NCBI RefSeq assembly: GCF_009914755.1
Contig: NC_060927.1
Reading direction: 5' to 3' (one strand)
Length of the DNA stretch: 64,000 nt
Source: the human T2T-CHM13v2.0 reference genome, Homo sapiens
A model generated the notes under the pieces. That model worked only from the letters and a program-made list of their open reading frames with translations. It was not told where the DNA came from and searched no databases. Both the position numbers and the translations under genes were made by a program. Shown here in pieces: positions 29,123-42,758 of this stretch (positions within the stretch are counted from its first letter, which is position 1; each line of letters begins with the position of its first letter).

Positions 29123-30015
29123 TAGCAGATTTACTTCTAATTTTTTAGAATGAGTGTGCATGCACATGCACGTGGATTTATGAGTTTTGTGTGTGTTACA
29201 GCACACAAATATGAAAAAAATTCTAAAAGAACACACATAAATTAAAATCTGTATAGTAAAAACTATTAATTCAAATAATAGTGAAAAATTCCATACATTG
29301 TATGATCTACAAAGAAAATGTTTACCTTTAACTTGTGAAAAGTGGGTATTGTAAAATATATAATGTAGATGTGATGTAATGGTCATTACTTTAAGCATTT
29401 CTTTAGCTTTGGCACTGTTTAGTCTCTTTTTATCTATTTCAGTCCTGGGGAAGTAAATAATTTCTGGTCTTTTCTCGTCAAATTTCTTAAAATTTGATAA
29501 TTAAGAAAATTTTTTCCCCCAAAATTTACTGTCTTATATGTTGGCAGCAGCTTTATCTTAAAGCCACTTAAGCATTTATTTTAAAAATTGAATAAATCAA
29601 AATTCAAGCGTGGAACTTCTACTTCCAGCTATTTTGGATTATTTTATGGCAGAACAATAATCCTGTTAAGAATTAAATATCTTGATGAAATTTTAAACAA
29701 TGGATCTCAAATCACTACAGAGCTGCTAAAACAGCTGGTCCTAAAGGGCCAGTTCCTGGAGAGAAGGAAAGCTTATAGAGGGGAGCTAAATTTTCTGCCC
29801 ATTGGCTTCTTCCTCAGGTCATTTACTGATTTTTGACATATGCCAAGATATGACTAAGCTAGTTAGAGGGGCTCCTAAGACTTCTAACACACAGAAGACC
29901 TTTCAGTGTTTGCACAGGGCTGGGGAAACAACAATTAGAGTTCTGAACTGCCAAGGCATTTAGGACTTGAGTGACCAAAATTCCAATGGCAAATGAGGTT
30001 CCTAAAAGAGATTGG

Positions 30016-33000
30016 GAGGAAGTTGGAGTAAGATGGCTGAACAGAAACCTCCCGTGATTATTCCCTCTACAGGAGCACCAAATTGATTGACTATCCATAC
30101 AAAAACCACCACCATAAGAACTAAAAATCAGGTGAGCAATCACAGTATCTGTTCTTAACATCATGTAAGGAAAGAGACACTAAAGTGGGTAGTTTTAACA
30201 CCATTTAAGGAAAGAGACACTGAAGTAGGTAGGAAAGAAAGTCTTGAATAGCTTACACCACCCCTCCCTTACACCCCAGCTGTGGGTGTACGGTGCAGAG
30301 AGAGTATCCATGTGCTTGAGGGAGAGAGAGGAAAGGGATTGTGGGACTTCACATTGGAATTCAGTGCTGCCCAGTCACAGCGGAAAGCAACATCGGGTGG
30401 AACGCAGCCAATGCCACCACGGAGGGAGCATTTAGACCAGCCGTAGCCAGAGGAAAATTAACCATCTCAGCAGTCTGAATATGAGTTTTGGCAAGCCCTC
30501 CACCATGGGCTAAAGGGCTCTGGGGTTCTAAATAAACTTAAACGGCAGTCTAGGCCACAAGGACTCCAATTCCCAGGCAAGTCCAGGTGCTGTGCTGTGT
30601 TCAGAGCCAGTGGACTTGAGGTACACATGACCTAGTGAGACATCAGCCTAGGAAGCCAAGGGAGTGCTTGAGTCATCCCTCCCCCAGCCCCAGGCAGAAG
30701 AGCTCTCAAGTCCTAGAGCCTCATTCCTTCTGTCTGAGGAGAGGAGAGGAGAGAGTAAAGAGGACTTTGTCTTGCATCTTGAATACCCGTTTCAGGCCCT
30801 AGCTGTCATACTTTATTTCTAGACACACCCTGGGCCAGAAAGGAACCCACTGTCTTGAAGCAAAGGGCCAAGTCTTAGCAGCATTCATCACCTACTGACT
30901 AGAGAGCTCTTGGGCCCTAAATAATCAGCAATGGTAGCCAGGCAGTACTTGCCGTGGACCTTGGGTGAAACTCAGAGCTATGCTTGCTTTAGGTGTGACC
31001 CAGCACATTCCAAGCTATGTTAGCTAAAGGGAGAGACTCCTTTTGCTTAAGGAAAGGAGAAAAAAAGTAAAGAGGACTTTGCCTCACAGCTTGGATACCA
31101 GCTGGGCCACAGTGGTGTGGAGTACCAAGTGTTTACTGGGGTCTCTGATTCCTGGCCAAGCTGCTGGATGATATTGCTGGACTTGGCTTGGGCCAGAGGA
31201 GAACCCATTCTCCTGAGAGACACAGATCTGGCAGCTTTTACCAACAGCTGACTGAAGAGCCCTTGGGTCTTGAGTGAACATTAATAACAGCCAGCAGTAA
31301 TCTCCACGGACCTGTGGTAGTGGTGGTCATAGGGAGAGACTCCTCTGCTTGTAAAATGGGGAGGAAAGAATGGTAAGAACTTTTTTGTGTGACTTGGGTG
31401 GCAGCTCAGCCACAGTAGAATGAAGCACCAGGTAGATACCTGATATGTTTAGGCTTTGTGCCCCCACTCAAATCTCATCTTGACTTGCATAATCCCCACG
31501 TGTTAAGGGAAAGACCAGGTGGAGGTAATTGAGTCATGGGGGCAGTTTCCCCCATTCTGTGCTCATGGTAGGGAGTTCTCACAAGATCTGATGGTTTTAT
31601 AAGGGGCTCATCCCTCTTTGCTCGGCACTTTTCCTTCCTGACACCTTGAGAAGGAGGTCCTAGCTTTCTCTTTGTCTTCAGCCATGCTGAGCTGTGAGTC
31701 AATTAAATCTCTTTCTTTTATAAATTACCCAGTCTTGAGCAGTTCTTTATAGCATTAGGTAAACGGACTAATTAATACCCGCGGTGCTTGACTCCAGGCC
31801 CTGGTCCTGGATGACATCTTTGGAATGGCCTGGTGCCAGGGTAACTCATCATCCTGACGAGAAGGAAACGAAGCTGGCTGGATTCACCATCTGCTTATTG
31901 TAGGGTCCTTGGGCTTTAAGTGAACACGGGCAGTAGCCAGGCAGTAGTCACCATAGGCCTTGGGCAGGACTCACTGCTATGCTGGCTTTGGGTCTGACTC
32001 AGCATAGTTCCAGTGGTGGTGGGTGGCTTCAGGGGTGCCTGTGTCACCCTATCTCAGCTCCAGACAGCTCAGAAAGGGATAGAAACTCCATTTGTTTGGG
32101 TGATAGTAAGGGAGCAGAACAAGAGTCTCTGCCTGGTATTCCAGAGAACTCTTCCAGATTTTACCCAAGACCTCCAATCCAGTATCTCTATAAGTCTGCA
32201 AGAGTTACTGTGTTATTGAGCTTGGGTGTCCCCTAAGGCAGATATAGCTGCGGTGATGAAAGATTTACATTACAGCACCCAAGACCATCTGAATACTTGG
32301 AAATGCTTCCCAAGAAGGACAGGTACAAACAAGCTGAACTATGAAGGTAAGAATAAATATATAATTCTTCAATACTCTGACACCAATAACACTGACAAGC
32401 ATTAAAACCATCCAGGAAAACGTGACTTCACCAAATGAACTAAATAGGCATGAGTGACCAAACCCAGAGACACAGAGATATGTGACTAATAATTCAAAAT
32501 AGCTGTTTTGAGGAAACTCAAAGAAATTTAAGATAATTCAGAGAAGGAATTCAGAATCCTATTAGATAAACTTAAAAAATAGATTAAAATAATTTAAAAT
32601 AATCAAGCAGAAAATGCAGTTGACATACTGTAAAATGCATTAGGGTCTCTTAACAGCAGAATTGATCAAGCAAAAGAAATAAATAGTGAGCTTGAATACA
32701 GGCTTTTTGAAAATAAACAGTAAAAAGACACAAAAGAAAAAAGAATGAAAAAGAATGAAGCATGCTTGGAAAACCTAGAAAACAGCCTCAAAGGGCCAAA
32801 TCTAGGAGTTATTGGCCTTAAAGAGTAGAGAGAGAGAGAGAGAGAGAAATTGAGGTAGAAAGATTATTCAAAAACATAATAATAGAGAACTTTCCAAACC
32901 TAGAGAAAAACATCAATATCTAAGTACAAGAAGTTTATAGAACACCAAGAAGATTTAACCCAAGGAAGACTGCCTGAAGGCATTTGATAATCAAACTCCT

Positions 33001-36000
33001 AAAGACAAACATAAAGAAAGGATCCCACAAGGAAGAAGAGAAAAGAAACAAATAACATGCAATGGAGCTTCAATAAGTCTGGCAGCAGAATTTCCAGTGA
33101 AAACTTTACAGGCCAGGAGAGAGTGGCAGGGCATATTTAAAGTGCAAAAGAAAAAAAAAACTTTCATCTTAGAGTACTATATCCAGTAAAAATGTTCTTC
33201 AAACAAAGGAGAAAGAAATAGTTTTCCAGACAATCAAAAGCTGAGGGATTTTATCAACACGAGACCTGTCCTACAAGAAATACTAAAGGGAGCTCTTCAA
33301 TTTGAAAGAAAAAGACATTAATGAGTAATAGGAAATCATCTGAAGGTACAAAACTCACTGGTAATGGTAAGTACATAGAAAAAACACAATATTATAACAA
33401 ACACTGTAATTATGGTGTATAAACTACTCATACCCAGAATAGAAAGACTAAAAGATGAACCTAGCAAAAATAATAACTACAACAACTTAAGACATAGCAT
33501 AATAAATAAATGGAAAAAACAAAAAGTTAGAAAACAGGATGATGATGTTAAAGTGCAGAATTTTTATTAGTTTTCAATTTACTTGCTTGTTTTTTGTTTG
33601 TTTATGCAATAAAGGTTAAGTTGTCATCAGTTTAAAATCATGGGTTATAAGATATTACCTGCAAGTTTCATGGTAATCTCAAATCAAAAAAAATAATGGA
33701 TACACAAAAATAAAAAGTAAAAGATGAAAATATACCACTAGTGAAAATCACCTTCACTAAAAGGAAGACAAGAAGGAAAGAAGGAAGAGATGGCCAAAAA
33801 AATGAAAAAATGGCAAGAGTAAGTCCTTACTCATCAATAATAGCATTTAATGTAAACAGACTAAACTCTCAAATCAAAAGACATAGACTAGCTGAATGAA
33901 TAAAAAAAAAAAGACCCAGTGACCTGATGCCTACAAGAAACACATTTCACCTATAAAGATACATATAAACTGAAAATAAAGGGATGAAAAAAGATATTTC
34001 GTGCCACTGAAAGCCAAAAAAGAGCAGGAGTGGCTATCCTTATATTAGACAAAATAGATTTAAAAACAAAAACTATGAGACAAAGAAGGTCACTATATGT
34101 AATGATAAAGGGATGAATAAGGAGATATAACAACTGTAAATATATATGCACCCAACACTGGGACACCCAGATATATAAAGCACATATTATCAGAGTTATC
34201 AAGAGAGGTAGATCCCAACACAATAATAGTTGGAGACTTCAACATCCATTTTCAGCAGTGGAAAAATCATTTAGACAGAAAATCAACAAAGAAAAATTGA
34301 ACTTGATATGCACTAAGAACAAATGGACCCAATATATATTTATTATTTTCAGCCAATGGCTGCAGAATATACATTCTTTTTCTCAGCATATGAATCATTC
34401 TCAAGGATAGACCATATAATAGGACAAAAAGTCTTAAAAATTTCAAAAGAAGAAATTGTATCAAGTATCTTCTTTGACCACAATGGAATAAAACTAGAAA
34501 TCATTTGGAAAGTAAACAAATACATGGAAATTAAACAATATGGTCCTGAATGACCAGTGGGTCAATGAAGAAATTAAGAAGAAAATGTAACAAGTTCTTG
34601 AAGCAAATAAAAATGGAAATACAACATACAAAAACTTACGGGACACAGCAAAAGCAGTACTAAGAGGAAAGTTTATAGCCATAAGTGCCTATATAAAAAA
34701 AGTGTTAAAACTTCAAATAAACAACCTATTGGTGTATTTTAGAGAAGTAGAAGATCAAGAACAAATCAAACCACAAGTTACAAGAATAGGAATAATGAAC
34801 TTCGGAGCAGAAATAAATGAAATTGAAAGGTTAAAACAATATAAAAGATGAACAAAATGAAAAGTTGTTTTTTTGAAATTATAAAGAAAGTTGATAAGCT
34901 TTAACTAGACTAAGAAAAAAACAAAAAAGACCTAAATAAACAATGTTAGAGATGAAAAAGGGACATTACAACTAATACCACAGAAATTCAAAGGATGACT
35001 AGAGGCTACTCTGAGCAACTATATGCCAATAAATTGGAAAACGTAAAAGAATAAATTCCTAGACACACAATCTACTAAGATTGAACCGTGAAGAAATCCA
35101 AAACCTGAATCGATGAATAACAAGTAATGTGATCGAAGCCATAATAAGAAAGTCTCCCAGCAAAGAAAATACTAGGACCCAGCGGCTTCATTGCTGAATT
35201 TTACCAAAGTTTTGAAAAAGAACTAATATCAATTTTAATCAAACTATTCTGAAAAGGGGAGAGGGAATACTTCCAAACTCATTCTATGAGATCAGGATTA
35301 CACTGATAATAAAACCAGAAAACACCTCAAAGAAAAAAGAAAGTAACAGGTCAATATCCCCGATGAACACTGACGCGAATTTCCTCAACAAAATACCAAA
35401 CGACCAAATTCAACAATACATTAAAAAAATCATTCATCATGACCAAGTTGGACTTTTTTCCAGGGATGCAAGAATGGTTCAACATACAGAAGTCAATCAA
35501 TGTGATATCTTATATCAGTAGAATGAAGGACAACAACCATATGATAATTTCACTTGATGGTAAAAAAGCATTTGCTACATTTTAACATTCCTTCATAATA
35601 AAAAACTCTGAAAAACCTGGATATGAAAGGAACATACCTCAACATAATAAAAGTCATATATGACAGACTCACCGCTAGTATCATATTGAACAGGGAAAAA
35701 CTGACAGCTTTTCCTCTAAGATCTGGGATGAGACAAGGATGCCCACTTTCACCACTGTTATTCAACATAGTACTGGAAGTACTAGCTAGACCAATAGGAG
35801 AAGAGAAAGAAATAAAGGCCATCTAAATTGGAAAGGAAAAGGAAAGAAGTAAAATTATCCTTGTTTGCAGATGATATGATTTTATATTTGGAAAAACCTA
35901 AAGACTCTGACAGAAAACCACTAGAACTGATAAACAAATTCAGTAAAGTTGCAGGATACAATATCAACATGCAAAAATCAGTACCATTTCTATATGACAA

Positions 36001-37923
36001 CACCAAACTATCTGAAAAACATATCAAAAAACTAATCTCATTTATGATAGCTACAATTAAAATTAAATATCTGGGAATAAAACAAAAAAGGTGAAAGATC
36101 TCTACAATGAAAACTATAAAATATTGATGTAAGAAATTGAAGAGGTCAAAAAAATGAAAAGGTATTCTATGTTCACAGATTGGTAGAATATATATTTTTA
36201 AAAATGTATATATTGCTCAAAGCAATCTATATATTCAATAAATGCCTATCAAAATACCAATAACATTCTTCACAGAAATAGAAAACATAATCCTAAAATG
36301 TATATGGAACCACAAAAGTCCCAGAATAGACAAAGCTATCCTGAGCAAAAATTTGAACAAAACTTGAGGAATCACATTACCTGACTCCAAATTATGCGAC
36401 AGAGATAATGTAAGGAAAACAGTATGGTACTGGCATATAAACAGACATATAGACCAGTGGAACAGAATAGAGAACCCAGAAATAAATCCATACATCTACA
36501 GTGAACTTATTTTCAACAAAGGTACCAAGAACACACAATGGGGAAAGGACAATATCTTCAATAAGTGGTGCTGGGAAAACTAGATATGCATATACAAAAG
36601 AATAAAACTAGACCCCCACCTCTCACCAAATACAAAAATCATACCAAAATGGATTAAACACTTAAATCTAAGATCTTAAGCTAAGAAACTACTAGGAAAA
36701 AATTGGAAAAACTCTCTAGGGCATTGGTCTGGGCAAAGATTTCCTGAGTAATACTCTACAAGCACAAGCAACCAAAGCAAAAATGGACAAATGGGTTCAC
36801 ATCAAGTAAACAGCTCCTGCACAGTAAAGGATACAATCAACAAATTGAAGAAACAACCCACAGAATGGAAGTAAATATTTTCAAGCTATCTATCTGATAA
36901 GGGATTACTAACCAGAATATATAAGGAGCTCAGACAACTCAATAAGAAAAAAAACCAATCCAATTTAAAATGGCAAAAGATCTAAGTAGACGTTTCTCAA
37001 AAGAAGGCACGCAAATGGCAAACAAGGATATAAAAGTGTGCACAACATCACTGATCATCAGAGAAATGCAAATCCCACCTACACTGAGATATCATCTTAT
37101 CCCAGTTAAAAGGGTTTTGTCCAAAAGACAGACAATAGCAAATGCTGGCAAGGAAGAGGAGAAACGGGAACCCTCGAACACTGTTAGTGGAAATGAAATT
37201 AGTACAACCACTATAAAGAACAGTTTGGCAGTTCCTCAAAAACACTAAAAATAGAACTGCCATACAATTCAGCAATACCACTGCTAGGTATGTACCCAAA
37301 AGAGAGAAAATCAGTATATTGAAGAGATATCTGCACTTCCACAGTTTGTGGCAGCACTGCTCTGCCAAGATTTGGAAGCAACCTAAGTGTCTGTCAACAG
37401 ACAAATTGATAAGGAAAATGTACATATACACAATGGAGTACTATTCAGCCATAAATATAATATCCTGTCATTTACAAGAACATGGATGGAACTGGAAGAT
37501 ATGTTAAATGAAATAAGCCAGGCACAGCAAGACAAACTTCCTATGTTCTCACTTATTGGTGGGAGCTAAAAATTAAAACAATGCAACTCATGGAGAGAGA
37601 GAGTAAAATCGTGGTTACCAGAGGTTGGAAGGGTAGTGAGGATGGGAATAATTAATGGGTTCAAATATATGGTTAGATAGAATGAATAAGACCTAGTATT
37701 TGATAGCACAACAAGGTGACTACACTCAATAACGATTTATTGTACACTTTAAAATAACTAAAAGCATATAATTTGGTTGTAACACAAAGAAAGGATAAAT
37801 GTTTGAGGGAATGGATACCCCATTTACTTTGATGTGATTTTTACACATTGTATACTTTTATCAAAATACCTCATGTGCCCTCTATGAACCCACAAAAATA
37901 TATACCTATTATGTACCCACGAA

Positions 37924-37955
<32 letters not shown>

Positions 37956-38022
37956 TATGGTATCCACAAAAATATATATCTACTATGTAACTACTATGTA
38001 CCCATGAAAATAAAAAAAAAAT
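30016..38022 (+). mobile_element. Full-length decayed L1MA (L1MA1-3, L1MA2-like)
   Basis: 5' aagatggctgaa start, ~2.3 kb repeated 5'UTR, ORF1 remnant ~32400-33320, ORF2 remnant ~33810-37568 (FADD motif in ORF 35828-36094), 3'UTR and A tail; degenerate TSD taaaagagattgg 30003-30015 / taagtgagattgg 38023-38035. Confidence 0.9.
31441..31774 (+). mobile_element. THE1 (THE1D-like) solo LTR inserted in L1MA 5'UTR
   Basis: tgatatg...cggactaat termini; 5-bp TSD atacc at 31436-31440 and 31775-31779. Confidence 0.9.
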
Positions 38023-38769
38023 TAAGTGAGATTGGCAATCAATACCTGTTCTTCCATTGAGTCATCTGATTAACTACACAGGACAAGATGCAAACGAGCC
38101 AAGCATCAAGTGTGTTGAAAAAAGCCAAACATACTTGAAGGGTAATATGAAGTTTTCAGCATTTCCACAGTTCTAGGGAGACCAGACTTCTACTTCAGAG
38201 CCTTCAAAGAAGAATGGCCCTAGCAAACACTCAGGCTCTAACTGGGACACCTTGAGGGATGCACCATGTATATGGGGAAAACTAGAGGGATCCTGAACCT
38301 TACTGAAGCTGCAGACTAGCCAAAGTTATTTCAAGATCTGATCAGATTTGAGTGATATACCTCTTCTTGGCCTGCCAGAGGATAGGTTAAATTATCACTA
38401 AAATTTCTCATTCAGAAGACTGGTAATGACAACACATTTTTTTTAGAGATATTAAGTAATAGGACCAGAAGAAAAAATAGACAACAGAAACATATCTACA
38501 TGTGACACAAATACTACAGTAATAAGAAAACAAATATAAAATAGTTTTGATTAGTATCTTCAAATAAATAAATGACCAAGTGGAGAATGATAAGAGGATG
38601 ATCACATGGAGAATTTTGAATTGAAAAAATACAATAACTAAAATTGATAGCATGATAGAGGGATGCAGCTGAAGATAAATGATCTGGAAGATAGATCAAA
38701 AGAAAATATCTAGACTATAACAGGAAATACACAGAAGAGTACAGGAGACATATGTAACAGATAATCACC

Positions 38770-39545
<776 letters not shown>

Positions 39546-39729
39546 AGCTTGAGTATGGTGGTGGTTGTCTAGGGGGTTCCACAGCTAATAAACTCCCTCT
39601 GAATATTGGTTGTATTTGGCTTTCAAGGAACACAAAGAATTAATCAAGGGAGAGAAGTTCAAAGATGAAAAACAGTAATAAAGATAGGGTGGGAACTGTG
39701 TTTGCAGGTCTACCTAAAAGACTACTCAG

Positions 39730-40055
39730 GGCCTGGTGTGGTGGCTGATGACTGAAATCCCAGCTATTTTGGAGGCCATAGTGGGAAGAGTGCTTGAGGA
39801 CAGGAGCTAGAGATGATCCTGGGTAACACATGAAAACGCCATCTCTAAAAATATATATATAAAAATAATCATAATAACAAATTAGCTGGCATGGTGGGGC
39901 TGTCTATGGTCCCAGCTACTCGGGAGGCTGAAGCAAGAGGATCGCTTGAGCCCAGCAATTGGAGGTTACGGTGGGCCATGATCACACCACTGTACTCTAG
40001 CCTGGGCAACAGAGCAAAACCCTGTCTCTAAAAAAAGGAAAACAAACAAACAAAA
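39730..40055 (+). mobile_element. AluJ
   Basis: Diverged dimeric Alu with ggatcgcttgagccc and ccatgatcacaccactg; expanded middle A-rich linker. Confidence 0.88.
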
Positions 40056-41479
40056 AAGATGATTCAATAGCTCTGTACATCTTTGGAGAAACGAGTAGAA
40101 TGCAGGCTGTTTAAGGGCAAGCACACTGCCCCACCAATTCTCTCCTCTGCTTTTTGTTCAGCAGACCTGGAGGTAGTTGGTATAGCCAAAGGAAAGAACT
40201 AGATACACCAGATATTAATAGTGACACTACTAAAGAATTCATAAATAAACAATATATCAGACCAGTCTTCTCTTCCAGATAGAGAAATACTTAAACTACT
40301 TTTACCCTGTTCTGTTTTGTGTTTTTATTAATCATCTCCAGAGGTAGGATGTCTTTGAAGCCTTTTATGCTGCTTTATTGCTCTTTACTGCAATCTCTTA
40401 ATTCTAGATTCAGCTTCTTGAGAGCAGTGTCTGTTTCTTACTTTGTTGCAAATGTACATTCACCAATCAGGCACTTGTTAAAAAGTAAGTACTAAATCAA
40501 TGTTTGCTGTCTATCTGTTACTGGTATGATCTAAACCTAGGATTTAAATTAAGGCCAATATTGTGGAATATTAGATATGCTACGTGTTTTGCCTTTGCTT
40601 TTTAATTTATTTATTTTTGCTTTAAAGGGGGAGAAACATAACCCAGGAACTATGCCATCACTGGCAAAAGTAGATTAGGATGTGGGTGTTCTGGTGTGAC
40701 TTAAGTTATTGCTAAATTGTCTCAGAGCTTAGAAGTTTGTCTGTGATCTGAGACATACGTTTGTAATCAGATTTTGCTTTTGTCTCCAGACTAGGCCTGA
40801 TATTAGTAAAAATTTCCATATGTGTTCTTATTCAATTACTCTTTTATGAGTACAAGACATTTCTATTATGTCTATGTCTCTAGATAGCTCATTGTAAATT
40901 TAATCAAATTTACATATTTAAGCAAATTGGCAAATTAACACCTTGAAAAGTCTTCTCGGGGAGCAAGGCTAGATGGCATGTGAAAGGCATGTTTAGGTGC
41001 TCAGCATTATGACAAATGTTTCCTGCATTAGTGACCTTGACTGTATAAAAATATTCACAAATATTCAACTTAAAAAAAATTTACTTTTCCCAAGAAAAGT
41101 AAAATATGTGAAAAAACAAAACATATTTTCTTCATATTAATATCTAAAATTGGAAATTTAAATTTGAAAGCTTATTTGCTCAGTATGCAGCTTCCAAAAT
41201 TCAGGCTCACCAGCTCCAAAAGCCTGCTCAATGGACAGGTGACACTTAGCACAATAGAAAATAGTTGTGACTATCTCCAGTACATGCCAATTTTTTTTCA
41301 ATGGTGACCCTGACCAAATGATACACAGTTAATAAATCATTTGCCTGTAGAATAGTCTGGGCTGGGTCCAAACATTTGTAAAAAGGAGGATATGGGGGAC
41401 CATGGGGTATTTTGTTATTGCCCTGTATAACTGCACCAAACAGAAGGGGGAAAAAAACCCACAAAATTCTGTGCTATTA

Positions 41480-41680
41480 TATTATGTATATTTAACCCCA
41501 CATGTCACTATTAATCATAACCATATACTATTTTTTCATTAAACAAAACCTTACAGGTAACCTCATTGTAGACATAAGAAAAACTGAGGTGTGAGATTGA
41601 GCTTTTTATCCAATATTTGACAGCTAGTTAGCCACTAAGCTGAAACCACAACTCAGTTACGCTGGCTCACAATAAGTAAG
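41480..41680 (-). mobile_element. MIR fragment
   Basis: cattgtagacataagaaaaactgagg...acagctagttag. Confidence 0.5.
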
Positions 41681-42071
41681 TTTTCCTCTAACAAATTGTG
41701 GGGCTAGTTTTTTACAAAATATGTGGATTTACAGTTTCATATAAATAGAGCTGGAATAAAACTCCTGCCTCACTTCATTAAACATTTACTTTCTTACAAG
41801 GTTCAAGTATGTTTGTCTCATAGGTGCTTGAAACGGCAAATAATAAAGACGACTACTTTTCAGATATTGTATCTCAGCAGAGATGCTGAAAAAAGAAAGA
41901 GAGAAGAATGAGGTCTTTGCAGAAAGATTGGAAGATGAAGAGGAGATAAGTAGAGAAAGAAAGCACCAGGATGGAAAAATATGGGTCTTGCCTTCACCAA
42001 ATGAACTTGTGTTTCAAAACATTGTATGAGCATTAGTCACGTATGTTTGCATAGAGAGTAACTATTGCTGT

Positions 42072-42614
42072 TGTGGTGGCCTTAAAATTCCTTGATACTC
42101 CTCTCTTCAAAAGGTGTAACCTAATTCTGCCTCTTCTTACTTATGGGCTGGACTCAGTGACTCATTTCAAAATATGGTAGGAGTGATGCTGCCTGACTTT
42201 CAAGACTAGGCCATAAAAGGCATTGTGATATCTGAGCAAGATGGTGGACTTCCTTTTTACTTCTTTGATCCTTTTCTAGGTTAAGCTAGCTATATTGTGG
42301 GGTTATTAAAGCAGCCTTATAGAGAGGCTCTTGGGGCAAGGAACTACTAAGACCTCTTGCCAACAACCAACAGTAACTTTCTTGGCATGTGAATGAGCTA
42401 CCTTGTAAGTAGATCCTCCAGCCCCAGTCAAGCTTTCAGTTAATTCAGCACTGTCCAATAACTTAACGGTAACTTCACAAGAAACCGTGAACTAGAACAA
42501 CTCAGCTAAGTCGCTTTTGAATTCCTGACTCATGGAAACTGTGACATAAATTTTGGTTGTTTTAAGCCACTAAATTTTGGGGAGATTTATTACATAAAAG
42601 TAGATAATAATGCA
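42072..42614 (+). mobile_element. MLT1F-like MaLR solo LTR
   Basis: tgtggtgg start; gtagatcctccagccccagtcaagctttcag; gttgttttaagccactaaattttgggg; ends taatgca. Confidence 0.8.
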
Positions 42615-42697
42615 ACGTAATAATGTAGATAATGAGTAATAGTAGCATTGAAGTGAAAAACAGTGTCATATGAACTTATAAAACACAACAACTCTTG

Positions 42698-42757
42698 GAA
42701 TGAACCACATGAAATTGCTGATTTTGTAGATCACATATCAGCCATATGGTTCAACCT
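42698..42757. mobile_element. MADE2 (mariner MITE) remnant
   Basis: tgaaccacatgaaattgc ... catatggttcaacct inverted termini. Confidence 0.65.
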
Positions 42758-42758
42758 T

